A program made the translations under genes and the position numbers. From NCBI RefSeq assembly GCF_009914755.1, contig NC_060926.1: 64,000 nt of DNA; one strand, written 5' to 3'. This document shows, piece by piece, positions 1 to 21,380 of this stretch. Positions within the stretch are counted from its first letter, which is position 1. Each line of letters opens with the position of its first letter. The notes under the pieces are model-generated. The model saw nothing but the letters and a program-made list of their open reading frames with translations. It had not been told where the DNA came from and searched no databases. The DNA is from the human T2T-CHM13v2.0 reference genome, Homo sapiens.

Positions 1-31
1 AGGATTACAGGTGTGAACCGCTACACCCAGC

Positions 32-2040
32 TGAAAATCTTAATAACTTCATATCTATTTAGAACACTAGGTTTGCAATCAAAACTCATTCGCCCCCTCC
101 CTCATAAAAACAACCACCACCAATAGCAGTAACAAAATCTCTGTCTCAAATAGTTTTATGAGGCTAGAATAACATTGATACCAAAACCTGTCAAAGATAT
201 TACAATGAAAGGAAATTATAGACTAATATTCTTAATTAATTTAGATGAAAAATTTCTTCATAAGATCTAAGAAAACTGGATACAGTAATATATTCAATTG
301 TATTAAAATATATTTGAATGTATATATGTATTACATGTAATCCAGTAATATATATGTGTATATATATATGTGTGTGTGTGTGCATGTGTATGCATATGTA
401 AAATCACAACAATGACATTTAGCCTGGGATGGCAAGATTGGCAAAACACTTGGAAAACAACCAGCATAATTCACCACATTAACGAATAAATAATTAGTAA
501 TTGAAGTAATTGAAGTGAGCATCCTTAACCTGATAAGGAGTGCCTACTAAAAACCTAGATAAAATATAAATGTTTTTCCTTTAAATCTGGATCATGACAA
601 GGCTGCCTGCTCTTACCACTTCCATTCAACATTATGCTACAGTTCTGCTAGTTTAATAAGGCAATAACAATATTTAAAAAGGCATAAAGATTGGAAAAGA
701 AGAAGTAAAAAGGTTTTGCTCTGTTTCCCAGGTTTGAGTGCAGTGATGCGATCATGGCTTACTGCAGCCTCAACCTCCTGTGTTCAAGCAATCTTCCTGT
801 CTCAGTCTCCCAAGTAGCTGGGACTATAGTGCATGCCACCACACCCAGCTAATTTATTAATATTTCTTTTGTAGAGATGGGGGTCTCACTCTACTGACCA
901 GGCTTGTCTTGAACTCCTGGCCTCACATGATCCTCCCACATTGGTCTCCGAAAGTGCTGGGATTACAGGTGTGAGCCACCACATCTGGCTGGAAAATACA
1001 ATTTTAAAGCAATACTATTTACAATAGTATTAAAACCCATTTGTTACTTAGGAAGGAAAGATGTGCAAGACCTCTGTACTTGAAACTCCAAATCCTGTTG
1101 TTATTAAATTAAAGAAGACATTGAGTTAACTTTTTAAGAATTAAGTGGATCATCCAATCAACCATCCAATGTTTGTGGATTGGAAAACTCAGTTTTGTTA
1201 TGATACTTATTCTTCTCAAATTTATAGATTTAACAAAATTCCAATTAAAATTCCAGCAAGCTCTTTTCTGTAGAAATTGACATGCTGATTCTAAGATGTA
1301 TATAAAATGTGAAGGATCTAGAAATTTAAAAAGAAGAACAGAGTTGGAGGACACCTACCACTTGATTTCAAAACTTACCATAAAACTATGGTAATCAATA
1401 TGGTGTGGTATTGGCATAGGACAGACAACTTAATCAAAGGACCAGAAACGAAGGTCCGGAATCAGACCCGCACATATACGGGCAATGAATTTTTGACAAA
1501 GGCACCAAAACAATTCAATGTGAAAAAGCAACTTGTGTTTGTTTGTTTGTTTGTTTGTTTTTCAACAAATGGTCCTGGAACAATTGAATAGCTAAATGGC
1601 AAGAAAAGAACCTCAAACCTTCTTTCTATAGATACACCAAAATTAATTTCAGATGGCTCAAAGGTTTAAAAATATAAGCAAGAACTAAAGGGCTTGTAGA
1701 AGAAAACATAGGAGAGTATCTTCACAGTCTTAGGGGCAGAAATAGATTTATTGGACAGAACATAAAAACATAATATAAAATAAAATTTTGTAGATTAGAA
1801 TTCATCGAAATGAAAATGTTCAGCTCATATGAAGACACCAGTAAGAAAATAAGTAGGCAAGCCACGAACCAGGAGGAAAAATTTGTAATACGTATATCTA
1901 ACAAGAACTTTAATCCAGAATAAAGAATTACTAAAAATTAACAATGAAATGCCAACCCAATAAAAAGTAGCAAAAGCCTTGAACAGATATTTCACAAAAG
2001 AAAATGTATGAATGGCTAATTAGCACATGAAAAGTTTCTC
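32..2040 (+). mobile_element. Old L1M ORF2 remnant, interrupted by an Alu and a microsatellite; resumes at ~3010-3200
   Basis: Degenerate ORF2 motifs, e.g. VINMVWYWHRTD (ORF 1388-1591) and ttccattcaacatt; A-rich. Confidence 0.8.
714..991 (-). mobile_element. Alu (J-type)
   Basis: Reverse-complement Alu consensus (gtagctgggacta...aaagtgctgggattacagg), diverged. Confidence 0.9.
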
Positions 2041-2096
2041 TCTCATTATACTATAATCTCCACAAGGGCAGAGAATATATTTGTTTTGTTGGTATT

Positions 2097-2300
2097 CTTT
2101 TTTTAAATTTTATTTTACTTTAAGTTCTGGGATACATGTGCTGAACGTGCAGGTTTGTTACATATGTATACATGTGCCATTGTGGTTTGCTGCACCTATC
2201 AACCCATCATCTAGGTTTTAAGTCCTGCATGCATTAGGTATTTGTCTTAATGCTCTCCCTCCCCTTTCCCCCCATCCCCCAACAGGCCCTTGTGTGTGAT
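2097..2300 (-). mobile_element. L1PA 3' end fragment
   Basis: tactttaagttctgggatacatgtg...gtttgttacatatgtatacatgtgcca matches the L1PA 3' UTR terminus. Confidence 0.85.
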
Positions 2301-2328
2301 GACTTAAAGGTGAGCAGAACTTAGTCTG

Positions 2329-2672
2329 GTGTCTTAGTTTATTCAGTCTGCTATAACAAAATACCTTAGACTGTGTAGTTCATAAATGAAACTCACAGTT
2401 CTGCAGGGTGGGAAGTTCAAGACCAATGCACTGTCAGATTCAGTGTCTGGTGAGGACCTGTGTCTCATAGATAGCACCTTCCATGTGTCCTTATGTGGCA
2501 GAAGGGGAAACACGCCTCCTCAAGCCTCTTTTATAAGGGCAGTAATGCCATTCATGAAGGCTGCCCTCATAACCCTATCACCTCTCAACGGCCCCACTTC
2601 TTCACGCCATCACCTTGGGCCTTAGGTTTCAACATAAGAATTTTGTTGGGGGCACAAACATTCAGTTCACAG
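2329..2672. mobile_element. MaLR LTR (MLT1A/B-like)
   Basis: tgtcttagtttattcagtctgctataacaaaatacc...aaacattcagttcacagc. Confidence 0.75.
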
Positions 2673-3433
2673 CTCCTGGTATGGGATATGCAAAGGTCCA
2701 GGGAAGGAAGCAGGCCCTCCCACAGAGAGGCGTCTGAATGGAAACAGAGCAAGCTAGGGTAGGAGAGAAGCATTCTACTTAGATGGAACTCGACTGGTTA
2801 AGAATCTATTAGACAGAACTGGATTTTTACATGCCAAACAAAAGGGCCTATGTGATTATTTCTAGAGTACCCAGAAAGCGAGTAGCACATGCCTGAGATT
2901 TCATCCAGAAATGGAGAAAAGAGTAAGTCCAGAAATGTTGGTTTAAATGTCCATGGGAGAAGGAATAAAATTGCTTAATGTTTTCACACTAAAAAAAAGA
3001 AAAGAAAAAAAAAAGAAAAGGTTCTCAACATCATTAGTTATTAGAGAAATGAAAAATAAAACCACAGTGAGATGGCAATTTCCACCAACTCGAACGTCTA
3101 AAATTTAAAAAATATTGGCAATACTATATTAGCAAGAATGTGGAGAAGACTGCAACTCTCATACATTGCTAGTGGGAACACAAAATGGTACAACCCCTAC
3201 CACAAGATGCCGACTTCTGTGGTCCTTCTTTATAGTTTTCCATTGAAACAGTCCTCCCAAATAGATCCGATGTCCCACCTGGGCCGTCGAACACGTATGG
3301 GCACATACCTGTCCATGTGTGTTCTGCCCCTGGCCCACCACACATGCAGGAAAGAACATCTTAATGACTGTGGATTTGCTAGAAAAATGTGAACTTTCCA
3401 TTAAAACCTAACCACATTTATGGCATCAATTTT

Positions 3434-4299
<866 letters not shown>

Positions 4300-4343
4300 T
4301 TATGGCATCAATTTTAAAGTGAAGCTGAATATGACTACCTTAC

Positions 4344-4677
4344 TGATATGGTTTGGCTGTGTCCCCACCCAAATCTCATCTTGAATTGTAGCTCCCATAA
4401 TTCCCATGTGTTATGGGAGGGACCCTGTGGGAGATCATTGAATCATAGTGTTGATAAAGTCTCACAAGATCTGATGGTTTTATAAGAGGAAACCCCTTTT
4501 GCTTGGCTCTCAATTCTCTCTTGTCTGCTGCCATGTAAGACATGTCTTTTGCCTTCTGCCATGATTGTGAGGCCTTCCCAGGCACATGGAACTGTAAGTC
4601 CATTAAACCTCTTTTTCTTTATAAATTCCCCAATCTTGGGTATGTCTTTATCAGCAGCATGAAAATGGACTAATACA
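4344..4677 (+). mobile_element. THE1-type MaLR solo LTR
   Basis: Starts TGATATGGTTTGGCTGTGTCCCCACCCAAATCTC and ends CTAATACA; 5-bp TSD CTTAC. Confidence 0.9.
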
Positions 4678-5465
4678 CTTACCTTTCACCATTTACTCTA
4701 TTTTCTCTTTTCAAACTAAATAATAATCTCTTAATTTCTGTATCTCCAGAACCTATTATTATAGTTTCTGGACTATGATGAGGTGCAATAACCATGAATT
4801 TAGTCACTTTCATGTGGAACATAAATGGCAGGAAATAAATTGTTTGGAAAGTATTACATGTTTTACTATTCATTTACTCAAAAGTATTTTTGAGCTCTTA
4901 TTTTCTCCTTCTTAATTTAAAAAACCTCAGGCTGTTGAAGGAGAGATCATGTATTCATTTATTTCTTAGCTACTGGGCAGAGCAAAAATCAATAATTAGA
5001 AGAAGTGTGTTTTCCATGAAATTTTACACTCAAATCAACATTATAACTGTAGTGAAATTGGCATCACATTCTAAATAAGGGACCGAGCTATTCTTGTAGG
5101 AAATATAAACCTGGTTTGAAAAGTAAGTGCTTATCAATAACACTTCCAGGAAGCAATTTTTACTCCGGGGCAATTTGCTGTGCATGCTGGGTCACTGCTG
5201 AGTTCAATGCTTCAGAACTTTAGATGATGAAAATGCCTTTCTTCCACATTACGTGCACTGCTGAGTTTCAGTTGGAAGGGTCCTTAGAGACCACCTGGTC
5301 CAACCCCCTTTTGCTTTTTATTTTCTTTCTTTTTTTTTTTTTTAGGGGACAGGGTCTCACTCCATTGCCCAAGCTGGAGTGCAATGGCATGAGCACAGCT
5401 CACTGCAGCCTTGAACTCCTGGTTCAAGCAATCCCACCACCTCAGCCTCACGCACAGCTGGGACT

Positions 5466-6067
5466 TGTCAATGAAAAGAGTCAAACTCAGTAAAATATTT
5501 GAAAAAAACGTATTCTGAGCCAGGTATGAGTGACCCATAGCCCATGACGCAGCCCTCAGGAGATGCTGAGAATATGTGTCCAAGGTGGTTGGGCCACAAC
5601 TTGGTTTCACACATTTTAGGGAGACATAAGGCATCAATCCATACATGTAACATATACATTGGTTTGGTTCAGAAAGGCAGGTTAAATGGAAGCTGCGGGC
5701 TTTCAGATCATAGGTAGATCCAAAGATTTTCTGATTGGCAATTGATTGAAATAGTTATTATCTAAAGACTTAGAAAGAGTGTTTTGGTTAAGATAAAGGG
5801 TTGTGGAGACTAAGGTTTTATTACACAAGCGAAGCCTCTAGGTAGCAGGATTTAGAGAGAATAGATTGCAAATGTTTCCTGTCAGACTCAAAAAGTCTTT
5901 TCTATGAGTAATTCCAAAAGGGAGGAGGGTATAATGGAGCATGTCTAGCACCCCCTTCCCATCATGGACTGAACTGGATTTTCAGGTTAACTTTGGAATG
6001 CCCTTGGCCAAGAGAAGAGGCCCATTCAGATGGTTGGGGGGCCTTAGAATTTTATTTTTGGTTTACA
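5466..6067 (-). mobile_element. MER4A-like ERV1 solo LTR nested in an Alu fragment (Alu ~5320-5465 and 6072-6094)
   Basis: TG...CA ends; 4-bp TSD GACT splits the Alu motif gctgggact|ataggt. Confidence 0.8.
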
Positions 6068-8560
6068 GACTATAGGTATGCACCACCATGCCTGGATCCC
6101 CCTTATTTTTCAATTAAGAAAGCACTCCAGGGTGGTTAACTACTTATGCAAATATTACAGAGTTATTTGAGATTTGTGATAAGAATCTGGTCTTGCAATT
6201 CTTGGTTCATTATTCTTTCCTTTACTGCAAGTAGGTAAGAAGATAAATCATGGGTATGGTTTATTGTCAGTGTCCTAGGGTGACAGAGAATCAGTTTTGG
6301 GGAAAATAGGTTAATTACAAAGCTTTCCAGAAGACTTGTTCCTCAGAAACTAAATTACATATCTTCTTTTCCTGCTCCCAATCATTGCCTCTCATGCAGG
6401 ATTAGGCCAAGCAGGTGGGAAGAGAACTGAATACTAGAGGGTCTTAGAGAAAATGAAGTTTAGCCAGTCATTCATAGAAGAGGAACTGAAACTTATTTCA
6501 CAGAGAAGTTAAGCAACCTTCATTCTCCCTTTAGTGAAAGAGGCAAATATTCTTTAGAAACCCATGTGACAGCTTCGTTCTCTTGCAGCTGATTTTGAAT
6601 CTTGCAGTTAATCATGATCTCTGGGCCATGGGCCTTATTGTCTTGAGGCTCTCATTTTACTGATTGATAAAGCAGAAAAACAGAGAAGTGGTGTGATGTG
6701 GCGAGAAAGTGCTAGCAGGAAATGAGATAGCTATTACCACCCAGGGCTCTCCTGTTTCTCTCTGCAAGACTCCTTTGGAAATCTTGCATTGCCTTCCCCT
6801 TTCTGAGTAATTCCGCGGGGCTTCATTTAGATTGTGCTCATTTGCATTAACTCTCATAACGAAGAGGTGTATTACCAACTGAAATGGAAAAAGGCCTGTG
6901 GTTACTTTGTGTCTTCTCTGCTGTCTCTGGTCTCTGGGACCAGAACTCATCCTCAGTACCGAGAGCCAAAGAGGAGCTGACCATGGATTAGATGAAATAA
7001 GGTACTGTGTACCTGACACCCAGGAAATAGTCAGTGTTTCTTACCTCCTAGTATTGTTGCAAAATGAAGCAGAATACAGTATATCTTTTGATTCAAAGGT
7101 GTCATTAGGCCTTATAACTATTAACCAATTAACAGGTTAATATTTTAGCTTGCACTTTTGCTTTAAAATCTGAATATTGCATGTTAATTTAAAATATGGT
7201 TTGTTAGGAGTGTGGTAGGAATATAACTTGTTTGAAATTGACATCAATGTCTAAAATGAAAAACCATGCATCCCAAAACATGGTGATTACCAGCGGAAGG
7301 TCAGGAAAACATGCTTCTCTTCTGCAGATGGAGGTACAATGAGGTGTTTGACAGGGGCTTATGTTCCCAACACATCTGGCCTGGACTCTGCATGGAGAAA
7401 AAGGTTTGTTCACTAGACTGAGATTTCGAAGGGTAGAGTATTTGTAGAGAGAAGCCAGGTCTCCAGTGTTGCTGGGTTTGGGGAAAGCCTGTAATGGATT
7501 CAGGTGTCCAGGTGAGAACAGCTTTCTGACAAATGTGCTGCTGAGGGTGATGTTCTCTCAGCACGTGGCCTGTGAGCTCTCAGTGATGCTCCAGCCAGCA
7601 GGAGTACACCAATAAGCCTGACTCTCTGCCAATAGCTGGGGCCAGAGGTCTCGTCCTCATTTTTCACTGGTACCTGGCAGGCAAAATTCCTATCCAGGAG
7701 GGAATGGTAGCTCTGGACAGTTGTATAAATATGCTATCAAAATTTGAGAGGCAGAAAGCAAATGACAGGAGGCCAGACCCTCCTTGGAGTCATCAGTCCA
7801 CTCAAAGTCCCTAGACCCCTTGCTCAATAATTTCACTTTAGTCCACATAATTCCAAGAGGACTAACTAAGGTTTTCATTACAGTGGTCTCTTCTGGCAGT
7901 AAGGGTCTGCTCAAATAGCTCTAGTGGACAGAGGCCACAGACATCTGTTAGTGCCAACCTCAGAAAATCCCACTATAAGTTTCTGTTATATTTTTATTTT
8001 TTCAATGAAGCTCCTTACCTAGACACAAAGGTGATGGAGAAGTGTTTCCTCCCTATCAAAAAATACTTTGAATTTTTCAAAGAAATTTCATTTTCCTTGA
8101 ACAATACAGACAAAATCAAATAATGCATAAGCACTCATAATCTCTGACCCTCCCTTTGCCCATAAAGAACATTCTGGAAATTCTAGCATTGTTAACTTGG
8201 TACTTCCCTTACACTATCCTATCCTTCCTACCTTCCTTCTCTCTCCTCTATTCTACTCTCCTTGGTGGTCATTTTTATTATTATGAGGTCTAGTTTATTG
8301 GACAAGAGGAGAAGTGTTAGCTAGAGAATTTATACTGGAAATGAAAGAAAAATTACAATAAATCTAGGAATGAGATGGAGTCCAGAAGAACCCAGTAGGA
8401 TAGATTTCAGGGAGTATTAACTTAGGAGTTGAGAATGCAAAAGAGAATAGTCTCAAGTCACTTCCATCTACATGGAAGATATTGAGAAGGGATAAACTAG
8501 AAGAGAGGACAAGACATTTGACTATGGGTTGAGTAGGTGAATCCTTAAGAAATGGAATAT

Positions 8561-8879
<319 letters not shown>

Positions 8880-11176
8880 TTATCTTAAATTGTTTTTAAT
8901 GACTATTAAGTTGTCTGTTTTTCTTTAAGTCAGGAGGCATTATTTAGAGTTTATGCCACAGAGCAGAGGCAATTATAATATTCATGTTCTTCAAAAATAA
9001 AAACAGTGAAGCTATCTTTGCACCTATGCCAAAATCCTGCACTAAGAGAGAAGGTGCACTTCTTCCAATAAACAGATGTGTGACCAGTGCCAGTGTGGGC
9101 TGACTTCATCTCATCCTTCCAAATCTCTCATCTTAGGGAGCTGGGTGAATTGACTATTGTAGCTGCTCCTTCCTCCTGCAGTAACACTTCCCTTTTTGCT
9201 GCTGACAGTGCTTCAGAGGTACAGTCCTTTTCCAAGAACCACCGCCATGCCATTGCCACTGGTACCTCTCCTCACTCAACTCCTCTCCTGGTGGTGCTTT
9301 GAAGATGGCTGGAACTCTAGTCTTTACTCAGCTACTAAAGTTGGCTGTCTTCCAGCAGCCTTCCCAACTCCTGCTGAAAGAAGGAAAAAGGTAGAAAGGA
9401 ACATGTGAGATGGTAGAGAGACGTGCACTGTTCAATGTAACTCCACATCTTCAGCAAATCCTGTTAAACTAAAAAAAAATGATGCTGACTTCTAAGTCCA
9501 GGTGAATGCACGACAGAGACAACACATGCAGATTCAGGAGCCATTGGCGGGGAATACCAGGAGAATAACTCCTGGAAATGCACAAAAATCATAAGGAGGG
9601 CTTTGGATTTCAAGGCTTTGGAATTGGAAGTTTTGCATCAAGTTTACATGTATCTCCAGGACAGCTGATATTGGATACTCATTTAAAAGAAGACTTTTCA
9701 GTACCCAGTTGGAAATAAAGCTTTAGAATCCAAGTATCCCTGAGGGAGATGACTCTGGCAAAAATGCACACTGAGGTATAAAGAACTCATGCCATTCAAA
9801 AGCCTTATTCAAAAGTACATGTGGGAGGGCAGCAGGAATCTGAAGTAGAAGAGGAGAAGAGATGCTGGTATGGGAAGGGAGGTGGTGAGAAGGAAGGCAT
9901 ATCTGCAACTGGGCCAATTAAAATGTGCAGCATGTACAGGAGGTGGGAGAATAATCAAATGAATAACAAGTATTAACTTTTCTGTATTGCTAAGTTGTAA
10001 ACTTAAAGGAGACATTTTAAAAGGATCTTAAATTCTGTTCCTTAATCTCAGTGACATGAGATAATATGCATATTGCTACATCTTTTCTTTTTAATAACCT
10101 ATAAAAGCAATCAGGTGTGAGAACTTGAAATTTTGTGATCTGTTACAGTATGCACATTATGAAGCTCACACTCATTTTCACTTTTAAGTGTCTCTGTTGT
10201 TTCTTTAGTTTTCATTTTTAACATTGTACCCATAAAAAATAACATATGTTGTTGTAAAATGCTTTTATTTTCTCTTCAGGTTCATTAAATTACTTCCAAA
10301 AAAATGATTTCTTAGTTAAATTGTTTGACCTTTTCTGTTCTTGACATTGGATACATATGGCCCTCCACCATCTCACTGCTCCCGAAGATAAGAACCTATA
10401 AATGTCAGTTTGTATGATTAAAATGCAACAATTCCAACTGCACTGTGAATGTTTGAAGCTGCTTTGCATTTTTCTAAGTTCCTCTGGGGGAAAAGCACCT
10501 TTTCTAATGAAAAACATATTTTCAATATGGAAATTGCAACTGGAGGCACAGCCTACTGTGAAGAGTTCAGACATATTTGGTTAATTGGTGAACAGATTTG
10601 ACAGATGGCTATTTGCATTGGGGACAAAGGAGTCTTCTAATTTGTGCTGTGTGTCCCTGTGTGGGATTCAAGCTGTGCACACTGCTGGAGTACAGACATA
10701 ACTTGATTTTTCTGGTGGGCTGATGGGATGGCCTACTTCACTCCGCTTTGTGAAGTCGTAGCCTGAGGCAAGAAGGAGCCAAGCATGAAGAGTTTGAACC
10801 AGTGAAAAGATATATTTCCCAGGGGGATTAGGGATTCAGAGAACATAAAGACTATTCCTTAAATCTTCCCTTAGCTTAGATCCCCACATGTCCATGGGGG
10901 AATAAGATTGAAGGGAAAACTGGAAATTCTGTAATACACCAGGATCCAGCAATCCTGCTTTGGGATTCCTCATTCAGCACATAACACAAAATGGAGTGAA
11001 CCATTCTCAGTCATTCCTCTTCAGAACATTGCACAGATGGGTGCCCTGTGGCTCGCTCACTGTTTGCAGCAGGATAGCCCGGGCAGCAGAGATGGTCAAC
11101 CCGGATGAGCTGTGCTGGAGCAGAGGCAGGATCTTCTTGGCAATGTGATGGTGACCACAAGTCAGGAAACTGCTGT

Positions 11177-11885
11177 TGAAATTGCCTTTGCAAACATTGT
11201 ATCAGTGAGAAAACTATGACAGTGAAATAGATCTGATCTAATCAACCCCCATCTTGCCCTTAACTTCCAAACTTCCCTTGGTCATTCCTGGGCTTGGGCT
11301 AACTTTGGGAGAAATTTAGTTTATAGTTCAAATGATAATAGCCCTCCCCAAAACTAAACCACCATAGCAAAACTAATGAAAGACCACCAGGTTAGGAGGA
11401 TGAGATGAGGCTAAATTCTGCTAAGATATAGGCATAAATGATTACCAGCCATTATTCCATACACAAGATTTGCAGCATCCCTAATTACTCCTGCAGATAA
11501 CATCATTGTTATAGAACGCACTGGCCTTTTGAAATGTCTTTTCAGGGTTTTGTATTTCTGATGACCAGATGGCCCCATCCAAACCAGATACTCTTGACTC
11601 AACAGGCCCTGTGGCCCCACCCAGAACCTGACTCAGTGCACAGGGACTGTTTTCCACAATCCTAGGATTGCATCCTCAACCAATCAGCAGCACCCATTTC
11701 CCTGCCCACCAAACTATCCTTGAGAAACCATAGCCTCAGAATTTTCAGAGACACTGATTTGAGTAACAAAACTCCAGTCTCCTGTTCAGAAATTAAACTC
11801 TTTCTTTTCCGCAATTCCCTCCCCCATCTTGATAACCTGGCTGCATCTGGACAGTGGGCAAGGAGAACCCCACTGGGCAGTTACA
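11177..11885 (+). mobile_element. LTR8-like ERV1 solo LTR
   Basis: TGAAATTGCCTTTGCAAA...GGGCAGTTACA; 4-bp TSD CTGT. Confidence 0.85.
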
Positions 11886-12599
11886 CTGTGTGCAGTGGAG
11901 ATTTGAAGGAAGACACAGCTAATGGCAGTGTCTATGGAACTATACAGATACCATGAGAGTGAAACTTCCCTATGTACACAGCCCACGAATACTACCTGCT
12001 CTTACCTGCTCACACTGTTACTCCAGAAATACCTAGACTAGAGTAACAGTGTAGGCAGGTAAGAGCCAGGCTATTTGTTTTTTATATACAATTTAACTGA
12101 AATTAATATTAGAATAGCTTAAAGCTAAAATATGAAGATACAGGATATTAGAAGTATGAATACATTCAGAATATTGGTTACTGAGTTTTATTTTTAGGTA
12201 GCAGGTCACCTTGATTGAGGTCATTAGGGAGTGCAGAATCCAATAACAGTAAAACATCAATGTAAAAGTTTTGCTTCTGTTTAGAATATAGAAAACAGAA
12301 AGGGAATGTCACTCTACTAACAGGACAAAGAGCCAGATAATCTACGGAATTCTTGAGTCCATCAAGATCTAAGGTTGTAAAATGATTAGGTGACATGAAT
12401 TTGAAAGGGTTACAGGCCCCAGTGAGGAGAGATAAGACATACAAATTGGGTTTTAGCATGGCGAGAGCATGGAAGGAAGTGGTAGGAACCTTGAAGGCAA
12501 ATAAAAAGAAAACTAAAATTTTAAGGAATTCTTAATGGCCAAAGGGTTCCTACCACTTCCTTCCACTTAGCATGAATGAATACATACTCTTTTGTGCCT

Positions 12600-13420
12600 G
12601 GGCTCCCAGAATACTAAACTGTCATGCTAGGAGTCATGCAGCTAGAGGCCACAAGATTCTGAACCTCGCCAATTGCTCCTAAGGATAATATAACTATTGT
12701 AAAACCTAACATTGGCGTTCGAGATATTTTTCAGACCCCACATTCTGATGCATTAGCTGGTTCCACCCAGACTGGTTATCTGGCTTAGTCAGTTCTGTGA
12801 TACCACTTAGGAACCCACTTTGACCAGACAGCCAGAAGAAACCACTTTGACCCCCTACAATTTAATCTTTGACCTGGCTAATCAGCACTCTCCATTCCCT
12901 GGTCTCCTAAACACCAAATTATTATTTTAAAAATTCCAGTCTCCAAATTTTTGAGGAGACTGATTTGAGTAATAAAACTCTGGTCTCCCATTCTGCTGGC
13001 TCTGCATGAATTAAACTCCTTTGCTATTGCAATTCTCCTGTCTTGATAAGTTGGCTGTATCTGGGCAGTAGGCAAGAAGAACCCATTTTGAGGCTAGAGA
13101 AAGAATGGGGGCTAGATTCTGCTAAAACAGGTTATGAGAGGTGGGGGAAGAGACTTGGCTAGCAAAGGTGGCCTTGTTATGTAGATGAAGGCTGTCTCAG
13201 AGAGAATAGCTGGTAAACGGAGTCAGACTCTCAATCTCTGCTGGATACAGGGAAAGAAATAGAAAGGGAAGGGGCGTGGCTGTATTAACAGAGATTCTTT
13301 ACAGATGTAAAACTTCCCCACTTGAGACAGCTTTGCAAGGCCACTTCTGTCAGCCAAGTGGCAGCCATTTCAAAATAAGTCAAAGAAATATATTTTGGGG
13401 TAAAATATTTAATTTCCCTC
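12600..13420. mobile_element. MER4-group LTR fragments
   Basis: LTR8-like 3' half (gagactgatttgagtaataaaactc...) abutting a second LTR fragment (cagccatttcaaaat...ttttggggtaaaatattt). Confidence 0.65.
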
Positions 13421-13737
13421 AATATTCATACAAATATAGAGTCAATTCTCATTATTCATGGTAATTATGCTCTATAAAGTCACTCTAAACACTGAATTAG
13501 TGAATTAAAGAACCATCGGTCCTAGAGAAAATATAGAGTTAGGTTCCTATGAGTCTTTGGCTATAACATGTTTGTCAACTGATCAATATATAACCTTGTT
13601 TTATATATGTTTCTATTTAAAGGCATCTTATTTAATATATATTGTTGATTTTAACATTGAATTCATGGTCAATAGCACTGTAACTCATGCTCAAACAAAG
13701 CTTATTTAACATATATTTTCTCCACAAGGCACATTAC

Positions 13738-14466
13738 CATAACCACCCAGTGGGTCCTTGCCTGCTGCCTAGACAGAGCTGATTTATCAATATAGGCGAA
13801 TTGCAATAAAGAAAGCATTTAATTCACACAGAGTCAGCTGTATGGAAAACTGGAGTTTTATTATTACTCAAACAAGTCTCCCTGAAAACTTGAAAATAGG
13901 GGTTTTTAAGAATAATTTGGTGGGTAGGGGGTCAGAAAGGGGAGAGTGCTGATTGGTTGGGTCAGAGATGAAACCATATGGAGTTGAAGCCGTCCTGTTG
14001 CACTGAATCAGTTCCCGGGTGGGACCACAAGACCAGATGAACCAGCTTATGGATCTCGGTGCTGCTAAGCTGAACCATAGAGTATGGCTCCGTAAAAATC
14101 TCTCAAGCACTGGTCTTAGGTTTAACAATAGTGACGTTATCCCCAGGAGCAATGTGGGGAGATTCAGGATCTTGGAGCCACCTGCTGTATGACTACTAAA
14201 CCATAATTTCTAATCTTGTGGCTAATTTGTCAGTCCCCACAAAGGCAGTCTGGTCCCCTAGCAAGAAAGGGGTTTGTTTTGGGAAAGGGCTATTATCATC
14301 TTTGATTCAAAGTTAAACTATAAACTAAGTTTCTCCTAAATTAGTTCAGCATATGCTCAGGAATGAACAAGGACATCTTGGAGGTTCAAAGCAAGATGGA
14401 ATCAGATATGTCAGAGCTCTTTCACTGTCAAAATTTTCTGTTATAATTTTTGCCAAGGTGGTTTCA
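13738..14466 (-). mobile_element. LTR8-like solo LTR
   Basis: Reverse complement of the 11177-11885 element; TSD TTAC. Confidence 0.8.
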
Positions 14467-14470
14467 TTAC

Positions 14471-14929
14471 TGTGAGAAACACACTCACCCGTCCACACTC
14501 AAAGAATGGACCCAGAGGCATGAAGAACAGCGAAAGTGAGACTTTTAATGGCGGTCTTGCAAGATGGGGTGTCTGGTAGGCAGACACACTGGGGGCAGCT
14601 ACAGCAGGTAATTTATCTCCTAGCACACAAGTCCTCCTCCCAGTTCGTCACTGGTTGAGTACTATGGGGTTACAAACTTCCTGGATGCCGCCTAAGTTTT
14701 ATGATTCCCCTTATAAGGTTATACCCCAGTCCCCTTCCCCACTTGAGTTTCAACTTCCCAATAATGAACGTTTCTTCCCTTTTATGGGCTGACCGCTCCT
14801 CTACATTCTGTTCGCTTATCATGACTTTCTAGGAGCATGAGCCATGCCGTTGGTTACATCCACAGGCTGGCTGCCAGTCCTTAGATTTATCATGCTTTGA
14901 AAATGGACCATTCAAAATATTTTCTCACA
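14471..14929. mobile_element. Solo LTR, probably ERVL class (family uncertain)
   Basis: TGTGAG...CTCACA inverted termini; 5-bp TSD ATTAC. Confidence 0.75.
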
Positions 14930-15099
14930 ATTACAGCCTTCTTGTGCTTAGGAATGACAGGTAGCATTTCAGAACTACACTTGGGGATCATTTAAAAAAA
15001 TGATACCACCAATAAAAATGCAAAAACATAGCATTAAACAGATCGTGGAAAGGACATGAGATCGCACTGAGAAAAGAAGGCAGAGCATTGCTTTATTTA

Positions 15100-21380
<6,281 letters not shown>

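Noticed and set aside
9076-9376. Strong minus-strand polypyrimidine tract and acceptor at ~9375
   Set aside because: Minus-strand frames have stops and no recognisable protein. The + strand reading explains the segment, although an antisense non-coding exon cannot be excluded.
11055-11135. Minus-strand peptide ILPLLQHSSSGLTISAARAILL resembling CLN3 SAAHDIL, followed by a GT donor
   Set aside because: All collinear CLN3-like motifs nearby are on the + strand and no ordered minus-strand series follows. Probably chance, and a caution that single by-eye motif matches are unreliable.
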